A stretch of DNA of 64,000 bases from Octopus sinensis (Eukaryota): positions 83,390,001-83,454,000 of the forward strand of contig NC_043001.1 in NCBI RefSeq assembly GCF_006345805.1. Direction: 5' to 3'. The notes under the pieces are model-generated. The model was not told where the DNA came from and did not search any database. It was given only the letters and a program-made list of their open reading frames with translations. How positions within the stretch are numbered: position 1 is the first letter of the stretch; every line of letters starts with the position of its first letter. This document shows, piece by piece, positions 53,690 to 64,000 of this stretch. Made by a program: the position numbers and the translations under genes.

Positions 53690-55300
53690 TGTCTTATTGA
53701 TTTTCTTGAAGCTAGTGACATGGTTGCGATAACGATTCTTAAATGAATCAGCCATCTGCGCAATGTACAGGATTTGTACTCATACAGATGTTCATCAATG
53801 AGCATTTTGATTTTTTTTATTTGTATATATGGCAGATCTGACTTCGTTTTCCGACGCTGTTACCGTGTTAGCTATATCATAAGCATTTCTACTATCACAA
53901 TGGTGCTTTTCATTGCAGTTTACATCTCCTTTGTTGGTATGTAGATGCGTATGTTCACTAGATCTAGTAGGAAGGTTATTGAACTTTAGTGCATTATTTA
54001 TGCGGTACATTTGCTACTCTGAATTTGAAGAGTTAGCGTAGGGTACCTTCACAGTGTGCCGATTAAAAATAGCATGGTATCTATTAGGTTTAGGAAAACA
54101 TTTGTCCAAAGTAGCAAAAGGTTTTCCAGCGATCTTGGTTGAAACATGCAAACCGAAAATTGGGTTGAACCAGAGGACATCATGGTTCCTAAATCTGTTG
54201 TTTGGTTTATTTGATATTGTGTGTTGTGCAGGACTGGAACAATTTACAGTGTTGTGAGCAGTTGGATTATTGTGTCGCGCGTGTCTATGAGTTATCGTTG
54301 GTAGATTATTGTCTTGACCAATTCTTCCTGGCCTGTATTCTCGAGCTGAGTGACGTTGTGAATGGGGAGGTTAAAGCTAAACTTAATTCATTCATACTTT
54401 ACAGTAAATTATGTTAGCAGTTACTCATATTCATTCCCCCTGTATTGTGTATTATTATTGGCTAAAGCAGCATTATAATAAGCTATATGTGATTTGGAAA
54501 GTGTATTATTAGCGGATAATCTAGAAATTCTTGTTGAAATATTCTTAACTAATCCCCGTATTATTGTGGGTGGATGGTTGGATGCTACATTTATGTACTT
54601 AATATGATCATTTGGTTTATGAAATGGTTCAAATAATCCAGTATTAAGACAGAAGGTAGCGTCAAAAACTTTATTCTACGATAATCCTTTCTCGTAGTAA
54701 TGTGTAGTCCTAAATTTTTAAAAGCGCTAAAGAAATTTTTCCTATGCCTTTCTAACTGTACTTTATTATTTCTGCCCAGAAAGAATAGGGCGGCATCCCT
54801 ATATAGACCCCGCTGTTACTTCCGGATATGAATCCTGGATTAATGATATGAATATATATTCTGACTATGTCTGTAACCTGTGCAGAATCAGATGACTCCA
54901 TTGCCATATAAAAAGCATTCTCTTTATCTAATCGACTCCATAATCTACTATTAAAATCTACTAAAGTGGATCGCGGGGCAAGTATTATATCTATTTCGCG
55001 TTGGGACAAATCGGAATTTCTCATGCTATAAATCAGGGTTTTATTGCTCTCTGTATCTAGTTGCAAGAATTTACTATTCTTGCTAATTTCTAGAAGCTTA
55101 AACCATCCAACCACCTCTTGGGCATCTGACAAGAGGGCTAATCTAATTTTAGGCTTAAGAGTGGGTAGTACTCTATCAATGATTTTTTTTACTAATAATG
55201 CCTATATCGGATTTAGAAGGACAAGTCAATCTAACTGAAGGGTCAATAAGTTAGGCTTATGGTCCTTAAGCATAATCTGGGGTTTTCTAGGAACGCATGG
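53690..55300 (-). mobile_element. Decayed PLE, RT followed by endonuclease start
   Basis: KFLQLD, MESSDSAQVTDIV, KPND..YINVASNHPPTII, VLWFNP, IFNRHTVK, YIAQMADSFKNRYRNH. Confidence 0.8.
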
Positions 55301-55346
55301 CTCGGTTCTATCATCTATATACATACATATATATATATATACATGC

Positions 55347-55393
<47 letters not shown>

Positions 55394-55398
55394 TATAA

Positions 55399-55478
<80 letters not shown>

Positions 55479-56140
55479 CACAGAAACCGGGAAAACAGCC
55501 TTATGGGACTATATGGCTCAGGAAAGCGCTTTATTATTTTTTAATACCTTTTTTATCCTTTCATATTGCTGGCCTTGTGTCTAAATCATAAAAAAGCTAA
55601 ATAATTTCTTTTTAGTTCAGTAATTTATAGCTACTTTTAGTATTTTCGGTGCGTTTGCAGTTGATTGCAATATTATTAATACTTTTCCACCTTCTTAAGC
55701 CTTCTTCGGTACCCTGGGAACCCTTCCAATATTTTATTGTCTCATGGAGTCCTTCTCAACAATTTCTCCTTTCGTTTTCAATTTTGCTTTGTTTTGTTTT
55801 TGTTTTGTTTTTTGTGTTATTTTTTTGTTTTGTTTTTATATAAGGTTTTCTTAATGTTTTTCTTTTGCGTAGTAATTCAAGTGTGCAGACAATGTAATGT
55901 ATGATAAATTATAACATCAATAGTGGTTGGGGGGGATATCTTGTATTGAATTGATTTATTGGAAAAGGAGAAGGAAAAAATAAAAACAACGATGCCAGGA
56001 ACTTGAAAGAATTTAGAAAGTAATATTGGAGATTATATCCAAAGACGGAATTTTCACCGTATGTTGTCTTACGATATTTTTTTATTGTAGTTTCTTCTTT
56101 TTTAATCTCTACAACCATACAGACATCTGTACATATGAAC

Positions 56141-56204
<64 letters not shown>

Positions 56205-56264
56205 ATATACTTATATATGTGTATAAATATATATCCATAAGCATATGCATTTGTATAAATATAG

Positions 56265-56295
<31 letters not shown>

Positions 56296-56311
56296 CATAC
56301 ATACAAATATG

Positions 56312-56413
<102 letters not shown>

Positions 56414-56790
56414 TATGAATGTATATATACATATGTACATGCACATGTGTGTAGATGTATATGTGCTGCGCGTATATATGGATATGTACAGATAGCTATA
56501 CATATGTGAAAATATGTATATGCGTGTGTGTGTGGAGAGAGAGAAAGAGAGAGACACACATATATACATACAAATAAACACATACACTCATTGATATGTG
56601 TGTGTGTGTGTGTGCGTGTGAACGTATATGTGTGCATGCACACACACACACGCACACACTCCTAAATCTTCATAACAGTCTTAGGGGAGTTGTGGGAGAG
56701 ACCATAGTATTGTTTTTTGCTTATAATGTTTTTCTTGTTCATATTCTTGATTATTGGTCCTACTTTCACTTTCATATTTGGCATATTTCC

Positions 56791-56972
56791 ATCTCGTAGA
56801 ATTGGTACTCTGATACAGTCTCAACTTCCTTGCATCTAGTGGTTTCGACTCAAGAGATACAAAAGTGTATGTGAGTGCCTTATCTCGTAGAATTGGTACT
56901 CTGATACAGTTTCAACTTCCTTGCATCTAGTGGTTTCGACTCAAGAGATACAAAAGTATATGTGAGTGCCTT
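56791..56972. repeat. 91-bp direct tandem duplication
   Basis: ATCTCGTAGAATTGGTACTC..GAGTGCCTT x2 with 2 SNPs. Confidence 0.92.
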
Positions 56973-57672
56973 GCGTTTTCCCATTTATGGTATCTGGAAG
57001 TCTGCTTGGCTCTCCGACTGGACAGAGCAGTCCCAAAGTATCATACTCGTTCCACTGTCACATACACTTTTTTTTTTTTACTCTCTTCTCACTTCTATTC
57101 TATCACTAACAACATGCTTATATGCTCCTCTGCACATGCTGATTTCATGCCACTGCCATTTAAGCCTACCCAGTACTTTTATCCTTCTTCTTGTCGAATT
57201 CGATAAGGATACACAATGATAGTTAATGTAGTAATTTCTTGAATTACTACGCAAAAGAAAAACATTAAGAAAACCTTATATGAAAAAATGTTTTTTTTAA
57301 AGACAAAGCAAAATTGAAAACGAAAGGAGAAATTGTTGAGAAGAACTCCATGAGACAATAAAATATTTGAAGGATTCCCAGGGTACCGAAGAAGGCTTAA
57401 GAAGAGAAAACAATAGATGCGTCTATATTCTAACTTTTACTTGTCAGTCATTGGACTGCAATCGTGAAGGGACACCACTTTGAAGCAGGTGGTTAGTAGA
57501 ACAAATCGACCCCAATAATTATTTTTTAAGCTTAGTATTTGTTCTATCGTTGTCCTTTTGCTGAACTGCTGTTTACGGGGGTGGAGTTATGGTGAATGGA
57601 CAAGCACAAACATTAAGATACACGCATATAAGCTTTCAAACGTCTTTAAAGTTCTCCAAACTAATCTTCAAA

Positions 57673-57818
57673 TAGGCGTGGCTGTGCGGTAAGAAGCTTG
57701 CTTCTCAGCCACATGGTTCCGGGTTCAATCTCAAGCGTGGCATCTTAGGTATCTTCTACTATAGCATCGGGCTAATCAAAGCCTTGTGAGTGGATTTGGT
57801 TGACGAGAACTAAAAGAG

Positions 57819-57877
<59 letters not shown>

Positions 57878-58385
57878 CAAAATAAGCAACATGTATCTCT
57901 GGATATCTTTGTTGCTTATTTTGATTTTAATCACCTTACTTTGAAATTGTATGGATAATACCGTAGTAAATTCTGGTGCCTCAACTTAAGTACCATATTC
58001 ATCTGAATCTAAATTTCTTACATATATATATGTATGTATGTATACATTATGTATGTATGTATGCATGCATGCATGCATGTATGTATGTATGTATGTATGT
58101 ATGTATGTATGTATGTATGTATGTATGTATGTATGTATGTATGTATGTATGTATGCATGTATGTACGTGCGTGTGTGTGTGTGTGTCTTTGTGTCGGTGT
58201 TTGTCTCCCCAACCAGTGTTGATGTGTTTACGTCCCCATAACTTCGTGGTTCAGCAAAAGTGATTAATAGAATAAATACCAGGCTTAACAGAAAATAAGT
58301 ACTGGGGTCCTTACACTCGACGAAAATTTCTTTTAGGTGGTGCACCAGCATGGCCACAGTCTAATGACTAAAACATGTAAAAAAA
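57673..58385 (+). mobile_element. SINE family A with expanded/interrupted internal microsatellite
   Basis: Head 57673-57815, (TA)n plus a 58-nt hairpin, (CATA)-type array, tail 58190-58385. Confidence 0.65.
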
Positions 58386-58600
58386 CATGGAGACTCACTA
58401 CTCCAGCCACACCATCTTCTCCTCCCCGACACCTTTATACTATTTGTTTCCCACCCACACTTCCATCTCACATGCCATGATACTCTCTCCCCACCTCCAC
58501 TGAGCCAATTCGTACCCATTTTTACCACCCAGACACAATGTGCCACCAAACTTTTACCCATCTCCTCATCTTTCTCCTACGTGCACCCGACTCATCACTC

Positions 58601-58786
58601 ACTCTCTGGAGTCAACGATACAGTACCTCAGTCTCTATGGAGTCAACGATACAGTACCTCAGTCTCTCTGGAGTCAACGATACAGTACTTCAGTCTCTAT
58701 GGAGTCAACGATACAGTACCTCAGTCTCTCTGGAGTCAACGATACAGTACTTCAGTCTCTATGGAGTCAACGATACAGTACCTCAG
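58601..58786. repeat. 31-bp minisatellite, 6 units
   Basis: TCTCT(C/A)TGGAGTCAACGATACAGTAC(C/T)TCAG, contiguous, no spacers. Confidence 0.95.
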
Positions 58787-59247
58787 TCTCTGGCCCCCTT
58801 GATCTAACCGTTTTTCTAAAGCCTTTCCCTCCAAAGGGTCCACATTACGTCCTTCAAATGCCCTCTTAAGTATATTCAAACTGAACATGGACCGCATTAA
58901 TCTCACCAATCCTTCGACGCTGCGAAACTGAAGGGAAGTGAACTTCCTCTTGATTAAATCATTCAAAAATTCAAGTTATAAGCCTGCTAATACCACTTTT
59001 TTTTTTTTCTTAAGGTCTTAACGTCTTATCTTATTTTCTTAACGCATTTTTATATTTCCTTCATGTCTGATAAAGCTCACTTTCGTTTAAATGGGCTCAT
59101 CAACAGACAAAATTGCCGGTTTGGGGGCTCTGAGAATCCGAGAGCACTACACCAAAGAGAATTACACCCAATAAAGTATGAAGCTGAAAATGGACCAAAG
59201 ACTAACATTTACTACAATCCCGAGTGACAATTTGGTAGACGAATATA

Positions 59248-60038
59248 TAGGGTGGCCCAAAAGTCACTGAGCGATTGCAATTTTTTATAATTCTTTTATT
59301 TTATGATATTTTTCTTTTCTTTTCAGGGATTCTATGGACCAGGACCTGGAAATTAATTATAGAAGAATATGGCACCGCACAATGCACCCAAGTGGTGAAA
59401 TTGGTCTATCAAAATCAGGGGTCAATTATTCAAACCCAGAGAGCATATCGTTGACACTTTCAAGTGAGAGATGTCCCAAGTGAAAACACAATTAGGAACT
59501 TGATTCATCGTTTTGAAAGGGAACGAGTGCGAGAGAATATTGAACAGAATCCGGGCACGTCGACCTGAAGGCGGTCCAGACAGCTTGGGATTTCACAAGC
59601 TTCGCTGTAAACAGTTCTCTGCAGTCTTAACCTTTTTCCATACAAGGTATAGTTGGTTCAACAGTTGAAACTTCAAGAATATTAATACACCGTCAGAATC
59701 CAGGAATTGGCAAGAAATGACCCAAATTATGCACAAAAATTGACCATGCCTGATGAAGCTCACTTTCATTCAGAAAAAGTTACCGGCTCTAGGGCTCTGA
59801 GAATCCGAGAGCACTACATCAAAAAGAACTGCACCCCATAAATTTTGAGGATGATAATGGACGCCATTTAAAAGATGTCATTTTTCGTATGTAATTCAGA
59901 GATATGATGAAAAAGAACAAATGCAAATGAATCTCCATTATCTCTTTTATATAGAATTAAAATTTCATACACCTATTTGTAAAAATAAAGGAGTTATTAA
60001 AAATTTAAACCCTTCGGTGTCTTCTGGGTTACATTGTG
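59248..60038 (+). mobile_element. Internally deleted maT/DD37D-like (DUF4817-type HTH) Tc1/mariner remnant
   Basis: 5' end TA|(C>T)AGGGTGGCCC; YQNQGSIIQTQRAY..PSENTIRNLIHRFE..NPGTST..FPYK..DEAHFH; degraded 3' TIR. Confidence 0.65.
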
Positions 60039-60062
60039 TATATACAATTTAGTAGATGAATA

Positions 60063-60089
<27 letters not shown>

Positions 60090-60099
<10 letters not shown>

Positions 60100-62985
60100 T
60101 AATAAAAAGAATTCCAACCTTGTCTGATTTTCACGTTTTATTTACAATCTTATAATGATATATTATAAGATAATATATTATAATTGAATAAAATAAAATG
60201 AAATAGTAGAATGTTAATATTCATTCTGATTGAACTAGTACTTTCATGCATTGAATTCTGCAATCTTCGGGTTCATGTAGTAGTGTTGACAGTCATGCTT
60301 CACAATTTTTGACTGTAGCAAGATGATTGATTCTGTGCTATAATATCAGCTGGGTAGGCTCCAGAGTGCTAGGTTTTGCAAACTGTATTCTGACCATCAG
60401 TGTGTAGTATCACTCAATTACTTAAGCTGATTGGTTGGTTGAGCTGATTGGTTTAGGCCACGCTTTTGTTGGACATGTCAAGAGTCCTGTATCTTGACCC
60501 TGGCCGAAGCAGCAATTGTTGGGTTATTTTTAGAAATGTTGTAAATATCCTTTGTCAGAGATTTTATATTTTTTTATATTTCAATTGTCATCATCATCAT
60601 TGTCAGCACCTTAATTATTGTTGCTAGTGGTGATGGTTGGCAATAGAACTTTTAACCCTAAATAAGAATTTTCCTGCTATCTTCGTCTTGATCACCTTTA
60701 GTATTGTTGTTGTTGTTAGTGGTCATGGTCGTAGCAGTGGAAGTAATACCTCTAAGTATTATTATTATTATTATTGCTTATTTAGCTTGGGTTCGAATTT
60801 ATCAATAAAATTCTTTTCTCTGATTTTCCTCTCGATTTCACTTGGGCTGTTGTAATTTGTAGAATGGAAATATTATATATATTTTCCGACCACATGTTGC
60901 TAGGTGGTTACTCAAAGGTATCTGACGGACCTCTGGGTCTCTAATCTGTTGCTTGCGGTGTACACGTGAGCGTTCTAATAGTGCGTTTCCCGTCTGACCT
61001 ACATATATTTCTTCACATTTGGGCATTTGATGCAGTAAATTAATTTCTGCTTTGCAGTTCATATTCGCGTTTGTGAATATTTTCCCGGTTTTTGTGTTTA
61101 TATATTGACCGGTATGTATGAATTGGCATGTGCCACATCGGCTATCATTGCATTTAGATACCGTGAATGTTTGGTCTTTGTTGCTGAGGTCAATTTTTGC
61201 CTTTGTTAGTAATGTTTTTCAAGTTTTTAGGCTGTCTTTTACTAAGCACCATAGCTCGATCCGTGATTATGTCTTTTAATTCATTACTTTGGGCAATGAT
61301 TGGTAGGTTTGCTTGGCAATGTTGAAGATATTCTGGTGACATGGTTGTGTGTCACTATGAATGGTAATGCTTGTTCTTGTTTTCCTCTTCCTTGGGTTGT
61401 CCTAGTTGTTGTATAGGTATTTTTTATAGCCCGCTGTATGCCATTTTCTATAAGTAGAGATGGGTATTTTTGTTTGAGCAAAATTCTCTTAGTTCTATTA
61501 GGCGTTTTGTTCCTGATATTTGCATCTTCTACAATAGTACAAATTCTTCTGGCTAGGCAGTATGGGATGTTACGTTTTTTATGTGGTGGATGGCACGACT
61601 TAAAATTTAGGTATTGATGTGTGTCTGTGTGTTTATAGTATATATCTGTGGTGATGGTGGTGTCTTTTTTAATTACCATTATATCCAGGAATGGTAATTT
61701 GGTACTACTCATCTCCTTTGTAAATTGGAGAGATGGTGTAGGTTGTTTCAGGAGGATATTGAACTCTTCCAGAGTATTTAGAGATTCTGTCCAGATTATG
61801 AACAGTCGTCTAGGTATCTCTTCCATGCCTTTTCAATATACTTTCTAAACCCAGTGCCATAGTTTACCTCCACCTCTTGGTAGAGTTGTTCTTCTAAGTA
61901 TCCCATTACAACAGATTGGCGTAAACGGGAGCAAACCTCGTTCCCATCGCCGTGCCTCTAATTTGGATGTAATTCTTTCCATTGAAGAAGAATGTGTTAT
62001 TTTCTAGAATAAGCTTGACTGTGTCTAATATAAATGGCACTGTGAATCTGCTGGGAATCACTTCTCTATGTTTTTCTAACCAGTATTTAATCGCCTTTAT
62101 TCCTAAATCGTGAATATGGGTGTAGAGGCTTACCACATCAAAACTTAGTAAAACTGAATTTGTTTCTGTTGTTTTGGGAAGATGGGACAGGAAGTCGATG
62201 TTATCCCTGATGAACTTGGTATGTAAGTACATAGTGGTTCAAAACAATGTCAATAAAATTGCTTAGACGGTGTGTAGGGCATGCTGGACCAGCTATATAG
62301 GTCTAAGTTTTAGGTCTTTTGGATGTAATAATTTTATGTACTCACTTTCTTGTTCTTTTACTGCCTGTTTTAATGTTTTTTTTGATTTGGTGTATTTTTG
62401 GTAAGCCGTAGAAGTTGCTGGGTTTTGGTTCAAAATTGGTGATGTAGTCTTTTTCATTATCCGTAAGTGAGTTGTGTGGTGTGTTTGAAATCAGGTTGTT
62501 GATCTTTTTCTGATGTGGTGGTCTATATTTGCGGGTATTTCACAATAGAAGGTTGTATCCTTCAGTTGGTTTCAACCAAATCCTTATAGTATTCGGTATC
62601 CATAATAACAATTGCCCCACCTTTATCTGCTTGTTTAATTATTATTGTTTGATCGTTTTGTATACGTTTACATGCAGACATCTCTGATTTGCTAATGTTT
62701 GGCCTAACATTGGTATTGCGTCTAAGGGAAATTTAGACAGATATCAATGTATTGGTCAAGGTAGTTATTTCTTCTTTTGGTGGGGTGAAATTTGATAATT
62801 CCTTACTAGGGATTCATCAATCTCATTACTTTTGTTAGCGAAGAATTCTACAAGTCGTAATTTTCGACAGAATTTTGGATATCCTCCTTTAATTCTTGGT
62901 GGTTGGCTGTTGGTGTAGGTGTGAATTTCAGTCCTTTTGACAGAAGTTGGATTTCATCATTGTCAAAATCTCTTTTTGATAAATA
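60090..62985 (-). mobile_element. 5'-truncated Penelope-type PLE (RT, GIY-YIG, 3' UTR) between (TA)n arrays
   Basis: LLSFDVVSLYT, GTAMGTRFAPVYANL, LPFLD, YYKHTDTHQYLNFKSCHP, IYVGQT..ERSRVH; hammerhead in 3' UTR. Confidence 0.9.
60231..60275 (-). ncRNA. Minimal type I hammerhead ribozyme (U4>C variant) in PLE 3' UTR
   Basis: TGAAC-CCGAAGA-TTGCA-GAATTCAA-TGCAT-GAAA-G-TA-C-TA^-GTTCA; perfect 5-bp stem I. Confidence 0.65.
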
Positions 62986-63039
<54 letters not shown>

Positions 63040-63108
63040 CTATATATCTATTATATATAGATATATATAATATATATATCTAATATATATATATATATAT
63101 ACGTAGAC

Positions 63109-63188
<80 letters not shown>

Positions 63189-63208
63189 ATACATATATAT
63201 ATATATAT

Positions 63209-63511
63209 ATTCAACAATATTAAGGAATGGCCTTGATAGGCCATTCGACCCACTAGAAAGAGCAGCTAAACTCAAACCGCTAAATAGTTGTAATTCAGAA
63301 ACAAAGGAAAATAAAAACATTTACCCTTATCATCTTTGGACTATGCATAGTTTCGACATACATATTGGCAAACCGATTTAATTAAGATGATAAGGGTAAA
63401 TGTTTTTATTTTCCTTTGGTTTCTGAATTACAACTATTTAGCGGATGAGTTTAGCTGCTCTTTCTAGTGGGTCGAATGGCCTATCAAGGCCATTCCTTAA
63501 TATTGTTGAAT
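63209..63511. repeat. Foldback: 128-bp inverted arms with 47-bp spacer
   Basis: Arms 63209-63336 and 63384-63511 differ by two small indels; abuts (TA)n. Confidence 0.92.
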
Positions 63512-63842
63512 GTATATTATATAGTCTGTTGACTATTTTTTCTTTCTCACTGGACCGCTGGTGGCAAAAAATTTCTCTTGAATTTTTTGCTACCCTTATA
63601 TATTTTGATATATATATATATATATATAGGGAGATTTTACGAAAAAAAACAAAAGACGAAGACAGGTGGTGTACAAAACAAACAGATGTATTAGTATAAC
63701 GTTCAGGAATAGAAAAAGTATTTTACGTTTCGAGCCTACGCTCTTCTACAGAAAGGGACAGAAAAAACAAGGAGAGAAAAAAATGTGTGTAGTGGCTAAC
63801 GATCTATCATGGCGACTATATATATATATAGATATATATATA

Positions 63843-63878
<36 letters not shown>

Positions 63879-63888
63879 GCATACATAT

Positions 63889-63970
63889 TGGTAGGTTCTT
63901 TCAGTTTCCATCGACCAGTTCCCCTCACAAGGCTTTGGTTGGCCTGGGGATATAGTAGAAGACACTTGCG
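63889..63970 (-). mobile_element. SINE family A fragment
   Basis: CACAAGGCTTTGGTTGGCC..ATAGTAGAAGACACTTG. Confidence 0.7.
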
Positions 63971-64000
63971 TGCCTATTTTCAAACAGAAAAGACTATATG

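Noticed and set aside
58601-58786. 31-bp repeat array as CRISPR
   Set aside because: Units are contiguous with no unique spacers, no cas genes, and the context is eukaryotic.

Overview
AT-rich, microsatellite-saturated animal genomic DNA (intergenic or large-intron type). The SINE families and repeat density look like an octopus/coleoid cephalopod genome; this is inference from recognised repeat motifs, not a database hit. No complete protein-coding gene is present, and almost all six-frame ORFs are translations of (TA)n, (CA)n, (GATA)n, (CATA)n and (AAT)n arrays. Supported content: three R4/Dong-like RLE LINE remnants, three Tx1/L1-clade pieces, two CR1-like remnants, at least three Penelope-like element (PLE) remnants plus pseudo-LTR pieces, Tigger, Tc1 and maT-like transposon remnants, two TA-flanked MITEs, non-autonomous Helitrons, about 25 tRNA-derived SINE copies from about 5 families, a 100-N gap, and one candidate 69-nt host exon. 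The most interesting signals are: (i) several type I hammerhead ribozymes with a minimal stem III closed by a palindromic loop, three with long stem II extensions, one with an intact core overlapping a 5' splice site; (ii) a Tx1-clade element repeatedly joined to (GATA)n, and a tRNA SINE carrying that element's 3' tail with a 13-bp TSD; (iii) an in-frame TGA at a conserved Cys of a PLE endonuclease. Coordinates were counted by hand and may be off by a few bases; identities are by-eye estimates.
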